18,695 nucleotides of DNA from a virus (Duplodnaviria; Heunggongvirae; Uroviricota; Caudoviricetes): positions 64,001-82,695 of IMG/VR virus record IMGVR_UViG_3300033121_001335; one strand, 5' to 3'. Below are positions 1 through 7,848 of the stretch, piece by piece. The position numbers and the translations under genes are program-made. The notes under the pieces were generated by a model that saw only the letters and a program-made list of their open reading frames with translations, was not told the DNA's origin and ran no database searches. Within the stretch, counting starts at the first letter, position 1; the number at the start of each line of letters is the position of its first letter.

Positions 1-2
1 GT

Positions 3-257
3 TCATTGTGGGATAAAATGCCACAGGGAACTAAAAAGTGTAGAAGTTGTTCAGGCCCTATTTTTGGGGATTTTAAACCCATATATTTTGACCATTTGTT
101 GTTTAAGGATAAATATCCTCAATACAAAATGACAGAGGCTAATATATGGTTTTTATGCGGAGATTGTCATTATCAGGCCACATCAGGATTTTATAGAGAA
201 AATCATTTGGCAGAACGAGAAAAAGTATTAGCTTTGCATTTAAAAGGAGAATTATGA
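3..257 (+). CDS. HNH/Zn-finger nuclease-like small protein (NinG/HNH-like), probably 5'-truncated by the window edge
   Basis: CRSC near the N-terminus, then FDH-LLFKDKYP...N-IWFLCGDCH, i.e. the CxxC...H...N...CxxCH pattern of HNH proteins. The frame is open to position 3, so the start probably lies upstream; ATG at 18 is an alternative. Confidence 0.65.
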   Translation, partial: SLWDKMPQGTKKCRSCSGPIFGDFKPIYFDHLLFKDKYPQYKMTEANIWFLCGDCHYQATSGFYRENHLAEREKVLALHLKGEL

Positions 258-631
258 TAATAGCTTTGGATTTTGACGGGACATGTGTTTCACATGCATA
301 CCCCAAGGTGGGGGGTGATGTTCCTAATTGTATTAATGTACTTAAAAAACTGGTGGAATGTGGGCATAATTTAATTTTATACACCATGAGGTGTGATTCT
401 GAGTTAACAGATGCTGTAGAATGGTTTAATAAAAAAGATATTCCTCTATATGGAATTCAAAAAAATCCTACCCAAGACACTTGGACTAAATCACCTAAAT
501 GTTATGCAGAAATGTATATTGATGACGCAGCTTTGGGGTGTCCTTTGAGCTATCCCGGTGAGAATACAAGGCCATACGTTGATTGGTATAAAGTGGAGAT
601 AATTTTAAGGGCTAAAAATATAATAATATGA
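254..631 (+). CDS. HAD-superfamily hydrolase/phosphatase, capless (subfamily III-like)
   Basis: Motif I IIALDFDGT, motif II LILYTMR and motif IV MYIDD are present. ATGA overlap with the upstream stop (254-257). Confidence 0.85.
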   Translation: MIIALDFDGTCVSHAYPKVGGDVPNCINVLKKLVECGHNLILYTMRCDSELTDAVEWFNKKDIPLYGIQKNPTQDTWTKSPKCYAEMYIDDAALGCPLSYPGENTRPYVDWYKVEIILRAKNIII

Positions 632-879
632 GATATAAGGACATAGTACAGTTTTTAAGAAGAGAAAGTAAAAAACTCCCACCAGATGATTATATGGCTT
701 GGAGTAAATATAATGGTACAATAAAGAATAATGATGGATTTCCTTTAATTGGTGTATGGGAAGCTTTTCCTGTTAATCATGCACGCAGACTTAAAAGAAT
801 ATGGGCCAGAACAAAGAGCTTTGAAGCTCTTAATAACTATTTCTTATCATATAATTTAGAGCTTAGATATGTTTCATGA
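628..879 (+). CDS. hypothetical protein (83 aa)
   Basis: ATGA overlap with the HAD gene and 11-nt overlap with the next ORF; fits the tiling of the operon. No family recognised. Confidence 0.7.
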   Translation: MRYKDIVQFLRRESKKLPPDDYMAWSKYNGTIKNNDGFPLIGVWEAFPVNHARRLKRIWARTKSFEALNNYFLSYNLELRYVS

Positions 880-1273
880 TAATATACCTAAAGAGGTGGT
901 GGAGGCTATGGGTATTAGGATGTCTCGATTTGTTGGTAAAGCCCTTATGGATAGGTATCAAGACATAGTAGCTCGCTATCCTAAATGGTTTCCTTGGGAA
1001 ACTAAATATAGGAGTGTTCCTCAAGAAGTTCATGATGCTTATTGGAAGGAGAAATACCCTCCTCTTGACTTTAGTAAGCCGGGAAAGGGCCTTTGGGAGC
1101 AAATAAATAAAAAACCTAAAAAAACTAAAAAAACTCAGTCTTTAACAGAAATGCTAGAAGAATTGTCTAAGATTGAGGAAAAACGAAGAAAAAAAGAAAT
1201 AGCCCGGAAGAAAAAAGATAAAAAACTTTGGGATAAATATTATAAACCATATAAATTAGAATATCGTGAGTGA
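869..1273 (+). CDS. hypothetical protein, Lys/Glu-rich C-terminus (134 aa)
   Basis: Overlaps both neighbours in the operon. The basic, helical-looking C-terminus is KIEEKRRKKEIARKKKDKK. Confidence 0.75.
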   Translation: MFHDNIPKEVVEAMGIRMSRFVGKALMDRYQDIVARYPKWFPWETKYRSVPQEVHDAYWKEKYPPLDFSKPGKGLWEQINKKPKKTKKTQSLTEMLEELSKIEEKRRKKEIARKKKDKKLWDKYYKPYKLEYRE

Positions 1274-1913
1274 ATTAAATGAATTAGGACTTAAATTTGG
1301 TACAGATAAGGCGTCAAATTATCATGGATATTTGACCATATATGAAAAACTATTGGAACCTTTAAAATTAAAGGAGTTTAATCTTTTTGAAATAGGTTGG
1401 GGTGGATATACGTTTCCTGACCGAGGTGGCAATTCGGCTAGAATGTGGGCTGAATATTTCCCTAGTGCTAATATATTATGCTTAGAAAAATATAAAAAAG
1501 ACCCTATTCCTGAGGATAGTGGAATAGTGCTTTTTGAAGGGGAAGAAGACGATGAAAAAATAGTGTCTGGAATCATGACTATATATAACCCGTTAGTGGT
1601 GTTGAATGATGGAAGTCACAATAGCCAGAAATTGATAAAGAATTTTGAGATATGCTTTTCATTAATGCCTTCTGGTGGGATATACATTGGAGAGGATTTA
1701 CACACATCATATTGGGATAGTGAGGAGTATCAAGGAGATGATAGTGGTGATGGATGTGCTAAAACATCAATGAATTTCTTTAAAAAACTTACGGATGTTT
1801 TAAATTGGGAGCACATAGGAAGAAAGGAAAATTATGGTGGATTGGAAAAATATGAAAACCAAATAGAATATATACATTTTTATCCAAGACTAGTGATAAT
1901 TAAAAAGAAATAA
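1266..1913 (+). CDS. class I SAM-dependent methyltransferase, MycE/TylE/ElmM-like sugar O-methyltransferase type
   Basis: GTG start overlapping the upstream stop. Motifs KFGTDK..HGY..IYE, FEIGWGGY..P.RGG.S.RMWAEYFP.A, NDGSH and GGIYIGEDLHTSYW match my recollection of the metal-dependent sugar O-methyltransferase family. Confidence 0.8.
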   Translation: MSELNELGLKFGTDKASNYHGYLTIYEKLLEPLKLKEFNLFEIGWGGYTFPDRGGNSARMWAEYFPSANILCLEKYKKDPIPEDSGIVLFEGEEDDEKIVSGIMTIYNPLVVLNDGSHNSQKLIKNFEICFSLMPSGGIYIGEDLHTSYWDSEEYQGDDSGDGCAKTSMNFFKKLTDVLNWEHIGRKENYGGLEKYENQIEYIHFYPRLVIIKKK

Positions 1914-1914
1914 T

Positions 1915-2133
1915 ATGGCTAAAATAAAATTAATACAAGAATTTGACTTTTCTTTACAAAAATTAGTTTATAGAATAGTAGATGATGGGCAGGACAGACG
2001 TGTTTTTCAAACTATTCTTAGGAACCCCAAAGAATCTAAAGAAGAATATGATGCTAGGGCAGAAATGGAGTTTGACAGCCTTGATTATAAGCTGTTAACA
2101 ACTGTTAATGTAATTAAAACAAGGGAGGTGTAA
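1915..2133 (+). CDS. hypothetical protein (72 aa)
   Basis: TAA-T-ATG junction upstream and TAATG overlap downstream; fills the gap exactly. Confidence 0.7.
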   Translation: MAKIKLIQEFDFSLQKLVYRIVDDGQDRRVFQTILRNPKESKEEYDARAEMEFDSLDYKLLTTVNVIKTREV

Positions 2134-2687
2134 TGGCAGGAGAAACAGGTGTATGGAGCATTGAAGGGGCCTTAGAATATCATGATTTTAGCTATAAACT
2201 GGCTAAACATATTGGTGATATACTGTCAAAAGATGAGGTGGTGATAGATTTTGGATGTGGCAGAGCCACCCTATTAAGATATTTACACGACAGGGGATTT
2301 AAAAAATTATATGGGATAGAGGGAACAGATTTTCCAGCTTTTGAATATGGAAATATATCTGTTCAAGACTTAACACAACCCTTTACCAAAGACTCTATAG
2401 GTAATAGTGTGTGTTTAGAGGTTGGAGAGCATATACCCCAAGAATATACAGACCAATTTATTAAAAATATCACTCAAAATACTAACAAAAGACTTATTCT
2501 TAGCTGGGCAATACCCGGCCAAGCCGGAATTGGACATGTAAATTGTAAACATAATATATGGGTAATAAGTAGGTTGGAAACTATGGGCTTTAAATTAAAT
2601 GTAGAAGATACATTAGAAATAAGACAACATGTTGATAATCACACAGCATATTTTAGAGATACACTATTAATTTTTGATAAAATATGA
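2133..2687 (+). CDS. class I SAM-dependent methyltransferase (type common in glycan loci)
   Basis: Motif I VVIDFGCG, followed by CLEVGEHIP and ILSWAIPGQAGIGHVN. Coupled by TAATG and ATGA overlaps. Confidence 0.85.
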   Translation: MAGETGVWSIEGALEYHDFSYKLAKHIGDILSKDEVVIDFGCGRATLLRYLHDRGFKKLYGIEGTDFPAFEYGNISVQDLTQPFTKDSIGNSVCLEVGEHIPQEYTDQFIKNITQNTNKRLILSWAIPGQAGIGHVNCKHNIWVISRLETMGFKLNVEDTLEIRQHVDNHTAYFRDTLLIFDKI

Positions 2688-4279
2688 AGCAAATAACATA
2701 TGGCAAATGGGGTAAAATGGGCAGGTTGGGCAATCAAATGTTTGAATTGTCAGTCTTGTATTATATGGGAAAACGATGGAATAGGGAACCTATATTACCT
2801 AATGCTTGGAAATATCAGGAACACTTTAAACACCAAGTAAAGATGGGAGAAGCTGTTGACACTAAAAAGGATGTTTGTGAACCTTCTTACGAATTTAGTG
2901 GGTGGGAATATTGGGATAGGGCTGAGGGAGAAAGTGGGGATGTGATGAGTGTAAGTGGCTGGTTACAAAGTTCCAAGTATTTTAATAAGGATATAGCTAA
3001 GGAACTATTTGACTTTACAGAAGAATTTATAGAAAATACTAAAGCTAAGTCTAAAATTAATATGGGGGAATGTTTTACAAAGCCTGTAATAATGATAGGA
3101 TTTAGAGTGGGGAAAGACTATGTGGATAATGGTAATTATGAAATACTATCTCCTTTATATCAAATAAGTGCTTTATATAAATATTTCCCTGATTGGAAAC
3201 AAAACTACAATATATTGGTGTTTAGCGATGACTATCAATATGCTAAGCTAAATATGGATTGTTATGATAACATATATTTTGCCGAGGGATTTAGTGATAT
3301 AGAACAAATGTATTTAGGTACTCTTTGCACCCATTTTATCATACCTAATAGCACCTTTAGCTGGTGGCAAGCTTATTTGGGAGAAAAAGAGGATAGTATG
3401 GTGATAAGACCTTCTAAGTATTTTAAAGGCTACCTACAAACTATTAGTGATACTAAAGACCTATGGGAATCCCATTGGAAATCACACCATTATGAAGGAG
3501 AACTTTTGGATTTAAAAGATGTATGTTTCACTATTCCTGTAAAATATGACCACGAAGACAGAAAAGAGAACTTACAGCTTATTCTTAAATGGATAAATAG
3601 ACATTTTAAAACAAACATATGTATTGGAGAACAGGGGGGAGCAGAATTTAGTAAATTAAAGGGCTGGAATAGTTATATAGGATTCAATACAAAGGACTTT
3701 CATCGCACCAAATTTTTAAATGATATGGCAGAAAGTAGAAATGAACCTATTGTTATTAATTTTGATTGTGATAATGTATGTCCTATATTACAAATAATGA
3801 TAGGAATAGATATGATAAGAGAAGGAAAAGCTGATGGTGTCTATCCTTATGACGGTAGAGTGGCTAGAGTGGATAGAAAAGAGTGGTATGCTAATTTATA
3901 CAACACTGATGGAGATTGTGGAATATTTGGAGGAAAAATATTTAGAGGAACAAGGGCCATTGACCCTCTAAGTGTGGGACACATTATTATATGGAACAAA
4001 GAAAAGTTTTTTGAGGGGGGAGGAGAAAATGAATATTTTATTAGCTATGGCCCAGAAGATGTAGAAAGGTATGAGAGATTTGACAAACTTGGCTATAGGA
4101 TTAAGAGGGTTAAAGGAATTGTTTATCATATAGACCATTGGTGTGGGCCAGATAGTAGCGGGATGAATCCGAAATTTGGTAGGAATTATGATGAATTAGA
4201 ACGAATACGAAAAATGACCAAAGAACAATTGCGAAAAGAAGTTGATAATTGGGCACAAACAAAAAAAGGTAGCGACTAA
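2684..4279 (+). CDS. bifunctional glycosyltransferase: N-terminal GT11 (alpha-1,2-fucosyltransferase-like) fused to C-terminal GT-A (GT2/GT7C-like) domain
   Basis: N-half: GRLGNQMF, GWLQSSKYF, VFSDD, DIEQMYLGTLCTHFIIPNSTFSWWQAYL (GT11 pattern). C-half from about 3510: DVCFTIPV..D..DR.ENL, FHRTKFLN, INFDCD (DxD), GGGENEYFISYGPEDVERYERF.KLGY (GT7C-like). Confidence 0.85.
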   Translation: MKQITYGKWGKMGRLGNQMFELSVLYYMGKRWNREPILPNAWKYQEHFKHQVKMGEAVDTKKDVCEPSYEFSGWEYWDRAEGESGDVMSVSGWLQSSKYFNKDIAKELFDFTEEFIENTKAKSKINMGECFTKPVIMIGFRVGKDYVDNGNYEILSPLYQISALYKYFPDWKQNYNILVFSDDYQYAKLNMDCYDNIYFAEGFSDIEQMYLGTLCTHFIIPNSTFSWWQAYLGEKEDSMVIRPSKYFKGYLQTISDTKDLWESHWKSHHYEGELLDLKDVCFTIPVKYDHEDRKENLQLILKWINRHFKTNICIGEQGGAEFSKLKGWNSYIGFNTKDFHRTKFLNDMAESRNEPIVINFDCDNVCPILQIMIGIDMIREGKADGVYPYDGRVARVDRKEWYANLYNTDGDCGIFGGKIFRGTRAIDPLSVGHIIIWNKEKFFEGGGENEYFISYGPEDVERYERFDKLGYRIKRVKGIVYHIDHWCGPDSSGMNPKFGRNYDELERIRKMTKEQLRKEVDNWAQTKKGSD

Positions 4280-4289
4280 GCTACCTTTT
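4264..4289. terminator. bidirectional intrinsic terminator between convergent operons
   Basis: Perfect 10-bp inverted repeat AAAAGGTAGC (4264-4273), loop GACTAA, GCTACCTTTT (4280-4289). It is followed by 7 T on the - strand and 4 T on the + strand, and sits at the coding-strand switch. Confidence 0.8.
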
Positions 4290-4310
4290 AATTTAAATAT
4301 TATAAATTGT

Positions 4311-4778
4311 CTATTCTTCTTCCTTTTCTTTTTCTGATTTTTCGTACACCAATTTATCAATAATATTCCAATATACATTTCCTCCCACTACATCTCCTGT
4401 TGATTGGTCTACAAAATCTCTTTCTACAAAAACTGCGTGGTGTATTTCTACTTCCATCTCTTCAATTTCTTCAGCTTCTTTTTTAAACTGCTCTGTAAAT
4501 TCAGGTTTAATTTTTTTGGTGGGGATTGATTTTTCTGCAATTCCATCCAAAGCATTTTCTGGTGGGGTGGTTTCAGAATATTTTTCAAATAATTCTTTGA
4601 GATGTTCTACAGCTTGTTTATATTCTTCTTGAAGAGAATTCCCCAATTTCTTTAGCTGATATTTCACCTTTTGAGAGAGATTTTTTGTTAAAAGGGGGTC
4701 TTTAAATTCTTGATTACCAAATATTTCACTAATATATTGTGGTAAAAATTTAACTTGAAATTTTGTACTTGTTGTCAT
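4311..4778 (-). CDS. hypothetical acidic protein, loosely DUF1617-like helical phage protein
   Basis: ATG...TAG ORF ending 21 nt before the terminator. The pattern KVKYQLKKL...L.EE......KELFEKYS...F.KE.EEI.EMEVEI resembles small helical proteins found near phage tail genes; the family call is weak. Confidence 0.65.
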   Translation of the reverse strand: MTTSTKFQVKFLPQYISEIFGNQEFKDPLLTKNLSQKVKYQLKKLGNSLQEEYKQAVEHLKELFEKYSETTPPENALDGIAEKSIPTKKIKPEFTEQFKKEAEEIEEMEVEIHHAVFVERDFVDQSTGDVVGGNVYWNIIDKLVYEKSEKEKEEE

Positions 4779-4807
4779 TTATTGGTTTATTTAAGTTGTA
4801 AATATAG

Positions 4808-5092
4808 TTATTTAAGCTGTAATTGCCAAAAAATATTTCCAGATTTCATGGATTTCGAAAACTCCACATCTGATATTCCACAGGCTGTATTAATAATGTT
4901 AATTTGTGTTATAATTGAATTAACTATAGATATGGATGTGGACAGTCTAAAGGTGTAGCTTTTTGGATTTTTTGTTATTACAAAAATGGAATGTTTATCA
5001 ACATTTTCTATAATGCTTTGTATAAGGTCGAAATAATGAGCTTCATTGTCTGGAATGTGTTCTTTATCAAAGTTCTTATAGAGTATTTCCAT
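4808..5092 (-). CDS. hypothetical protein (94 aa, start revised to MEILYKNF)
   Basis: The track start (5152) overlaps the Dps-like gene by about 60 nt. ATG at 5092 follows the upstream TAA in the same TAA-T-ATG junction used three more times in this window. Confidence 0.7.
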   Translation of the reverse strand: MEILYKNFDKEHIPDNEAHYFDLIQSIIENVDKHSIFVITKNPKSYTFRLSTSISIVNSIITQINIINTACGISDVEFSKSMKSGNIFWQLQLK

Positions 5093-5093
5093 A

Positions 5094-5495
5094 TTAAGAA
5101 AGAGATAGGAGGTATTTAGTTTTTTGGGCTTCCCCGGATAGGCTTTGTGCAATATTTTCTATGTCTCCATATGAATTCTTGTGGGCCCAAGCCTGCAATT
5201 GTTTAGCAAATCTATCAACTTGTTCAACTAATTTAACTGGAGCCCCATTAGAATAGTCTGATAGTGGTGTTATTTTAAATGCTTTCACCCTTCTATTTTG
5301 ATAGCCCATGAGTTTTTCTACTATCTCATCTTTAAATTCCAGAAGCTTGTCATAAAAAGCTCCTAAGGCCTTATGTTCAGCATAGCCCCTCGTTTGCCAA
5401 TGCAGCAAATGAGCTTGGTCATAAAAAAATGATAATTGAGAAGCCACCGCCTCTAATGAAAGCGGTGCTGCTTCCGTTGCAAACAAGTTAGTCAT
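5094..5495 (-). CDS. Dps/ferritin-like four-helix protein (DUF5856-like)
   Basis: QAHLLHWQTRGYAEHKALGAFYDKLLEFKDEIVE matches the Dps pattern H..HW...G....H......Y.......D...E, including the His/His/Asp/Glu iron ligands. Confidence 0.8.
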   Translation of the reverse strand: MTNLFATEAAPLSLEAVASQLSFFYDQAHLLHWQTRGYAEHKALGAFYDKLLEFKDEIVEKLMGYQNRRVKAFKITPLSDYSNGAPVKLVEQVDRFAKQLQAWAHKNSYGDIENIAQSLSGEAQKTKYLLSLS

Positions 5496-5496
5496 A

Positions 5497-5910
5497 TTAA
5501 GTGGTTGCTAATGTATATGATAGTGTACCACCACATCCAAAGCTATCGCTAACTTCTGTCTTTAATTTTAACACCACATCAGACCCATCGGCTGAAAAAG
5601 AACCTAAATATGGAACATTAGCGTTTAGTTTAGACACTAAATCATCTATATCAGTGGTGGCTTCGTCAAACACCAATAACAGGGTTAGCACCTCTGCTGC
5701 ATCACATAACACTGTTAGTGTATATGCTGTATCTGTAGCATCGGCTACAGTGGCTGTTAGAGATGTATAGGGGAAGCAACATTCGTTAACATCTTCTGAT
5801 ACCCATCTACCTGTTCTTGGCATTTTTTGTCTTAAAACACTGCTGCCCGGAACTTTATTGCCCTGACCATCTAAACGGGTGTAAAGCCTGCTTCTGTTAT
5901 TACCTTGCAT
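5497..5910 (-). CDS. hypothetical protein, possibly virion structural/decoration protein
   Basis: TAA-T-ATG junctions on both sides. The N-terminal LY.RLDG.G..VPGS.VLR..MP..G.W....ECC motif is one I recall from small Bacteroidota phage proteins; the C-terminal half is Thr/Ala/Asp-rich and beta-like. The structural role is inference. Confidence 0.7.
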   Translation of the reverse strand: MQGNNRSRLYTRLDGQGNKVPGSSVLRQKMPRTGRWVSEDVNECCFPYTSLTATVADATDTAYTLTVLCDAAEVLTLLLVFDEATTDIDDLVSKLNANVPYLGSFSADGSDVVLKLKTEVSDSFGCGGTLSYTLATT

Positions 5911-5911
5911 A

Positions 5912-7015
5912 TTATTTTGTTTTTATTAAATTATTATATGTTTCTAAAACCTCTTGAGCATATCGTGAGGTGCAATATTTTTGAGAATTATCATCATTTA
6001 CCACCTTATAAACGTCCTCTATATGATTAAATACACTATCTTGGTATTTATTTTTCCAAAAACAAGGGACATTTATAATTACAGGTTTTCCATCTTCCCC
6101 TCTAATACTTTTTTTACTGTCGGTTATACGTATTGAACCATCAGATGTAATCCCCGCATTATGGAGAAGAAATTTATCATTTAAAGCCTCTATTTCATCT
6201 GTAGCCCAAGCAAAATTCATCCATTCTGGTGTTTGTGAAGGGAGTTTATACTTCCACAAATTCCATTGTATGGCCCACATATCAGCACAAAAACTTTGAA
6301 TTCCGTTATTTTCTCTGTCCACTCTCGTGGCTCCGGGGAAAAACTCTTGGTTTATAGTTTGAAAAAATATTCTGATTTTAAGGCAAAGGTCTATACATTC
6401 CGAGAAAAATTTTGGTGTCATATCCTTCAGGAGATATTGAGCACCCCCTGTATTCTCATTTTCTGCTCTTATATCATGAATTGTGAGTCCCGCAAATCTA
6501 GCTGCCCTATCTATTATATTGGCTTTTTTGTATTGTTCTTCTTTTTCTGGAATTACATCCTTAATTTTAGAAGAAAGGTAGGCCTCATTTAAATAAGTTT
6601 TGGTGTTTGATAGGTAATTAACATCATCATCAATGTAATGGGCTATAGGGGACTCAGAAATGAATATAACGTCACTATCAAGGTAGAAGACAGCTGATTT
6701 TTGAAGCTCCGGATAGTCCTTAAAATGCTTCTCAAGCGAACATAGACGATGTATAGGAACATAGTCATAATTCACCATTAAATCTGTCACTTTATTTTGG
6801 ACATCGGTGTAATAAAAGAATTTAGCCTCTGGATACCTAGTTTCCAGCTCTTTCCATTCTTTGAGAAACTCTCTTTGATAAGCTGGAAGAAATACTAAAA
6901 GCCTAAATTTATCTGTTAAATTATATTTAGACAGGTTAAAAAGCTGGGTTTCTGTTTCCCAAACAAACCTTTCTTTATTTTCAACACAGGATATTATAAC
7001 TAACTCTCTAGGCAT
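5912..7015 (-). CDS. GT-A fold glycosyltransferase-like protein, resembling HPAT/SERGT-type protein O-glycosyltransferases
   Basis: FYLDSDVIF (DxD), GGAQYLLK, FCADMWAIQW and LHNAG. The N-terminal F.WE.E..L..L segment precedes a R...L..H segment. GT-A is well supported; the subfamily is tentative. Confidence 0.7.
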   Translation of the reverse strand: MPRELVIISCVENKERFVWETETQLFNLSKYNLTDKFRLLVFLPAYQREFLKEWKELETRYPEAKFFYYTDVQNKVTDLMVNYDYVPIHRLCSLEKHFKDYPELQKSAVFYLDSDVIFISESPIAHYIDDDVNYLSNTKTYLNEAYLSSKIKDVIPEKEEQYKKANIIDRAARFAGLTIHDIRAENENTGGAQYLLKDMTPKFFSECIDLCLKIRIFFQTINQEFFPGATRVDRENNGIQSFCADMWAIQWNLWKYKLPSQTPEWMNFAWATDEIEALNDKFLLHNAGITSDGSIRITDSKKSIRGEDGKPVIINVPCFWKNKYQDSVFNHIEDVYKVVNDDNSQKYCTSRYAQEVLETYNNLIKTK

Positions 7016-7775
7016 TAGTTACATTTAAAGCTAAATTATAATATTTCTCTACAAAAGACTGGGGAGCACAAGAGAGAATTCCATCTCCATGATTATTTTC
7101 ATATTGACGGTGGGCTTCAAAATTGTCTATAGCATCTCCCAACCCTGAAATTTTATGTGTATTATGTCCCTTACTCCAATCATAAATAAGAGTGGGAATC
7201 CCATCTCTATCAACTAACACCTTATTCTCTCTATTTAGTGGTGTTTCCCATCCTTGGTTATAGGACGCAGCGGTTTTTAAATACCCTTTTTCTTTTAGAA
7301 ACTCAAAGTTTATAAAAAAACTCGGTTCCATCGTATTGTGTGATAATTCAGCCTTATTTTCTCCGTATAGATAATAGGAGTAATATGGTTTATAGGCTAA
7401 TTTTCCTTGTTCTACGGCTTTTCTATAGCCTCTCATTCCTTCAGAAGCGTGATTTGGAAGATATAAATCATCCGAGTCTGAATGTGATAACACTTCTGTA
7501 TCCTTATCAACAAATGTTAAAGCGTCTCTGAATATATCCCCTACATTTGTATATGGCTGCCCTGTCTGCAAATCTAGGTGGTTATTTACCAGTTTTATAT
7601 TCTTATTTTCTGACAAGAGAGGCATAATCTGCTCATAATCAAGGATTTGTGGCACATTGGAGTTATTATATAGTAATAATTCCACCTCTCCTGAATAATC
7701 CTGATTGACAAAGCACCTTATTACCCTTTCAACTTTTTGGTGTCTGCCATGAAACGCACATAAAAGAGTTAACAT
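7008..7775 (-). CDS. GT2-family (GT-A) glycosyltransferase (start revised to MLTLLCAF, 255 aa)
   Basis: LTLLCAFHGR....ERVIRCFVNQDY...ELLLYNN, VG..FRDAL and HSDSDDLYLPNH (DxDD) give the GT2 pattern. ATG at 7775 has an AAT-ATG context and lies 22 nt downstream of a TAnnTTTG box; the track start (7832) lies upstream of that box. Confidence 0.8.
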   Translation of the reverse strand: MLTLLCAFHGRHQKVERVIRCFVNQDYSGEVELLLYNNSNVPQILDYEQIMPLLSENKNIKLVNNHLDLQTGQPYTNVGDIFRDALTFVDKDTEVLSHSDSDDLYLPNHASEGMRGYRKAVEQGKLAYKPYYSYYLYGENKAELSHNTMEPSFFINFEFLKEKGYLKTAASYNQGWETPLNRENKVLVDRDGIPTLIYDWSKGHNTHKISGLGDAIDNFEAHRQYENNHGDGILSCAPQSFVEKYYNLALNVTNA

Positions 7776-7797
7776 ATTTAGTTTTTGGTTTAAAAAG

Positions 7798-7805
7798 CAA
7801 AGATA
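7798..7805 (-). promoter_or_regulatory. Bacteroidota sigma70-type -7 box TATCTTTG(C) upstream of the GT2/GT-A/Dps gene block
   Basis: Exact TAnnTTTG match in an intergenic gap, 22 nt before the revised GT2 start. No exact TTTG -33 element. Confidence 0.6.
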
Positions 7806-7822
7806 AGAAGCCCATCTGACAT

Positions 7823-7840
7823 AAAAAAGCATAAATGCTT
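7823..7840 (-). terminator. weak hairpin plus T-run downstream of the holin-like gene
   Basis: Minus strand AAGCA-TTTA-TGCTT-TTTT. The stem is only 5 bp and AT-rich. Confidence 0.3.
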
Positions 7841-7848
7841 ATTATAAT

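Noticed and set aside
243-2130. SD-like AGGAG (245-249) and GGAGGTG (2124-2130) before starts 254 and 2133
   Set aside because: Spacing to ATG is only 4 and 2 nt, both lie in upstream coding sequence, and other starts lack them.
4797-4806. TATATTTACA on the - strand, a near-match to the -7 box upstream of 4311-4778
   Set aside because: It mismatches at the conserved G, has no 12-mer at the 43-nt position, and such matches are frequent in AT-rich DNA.
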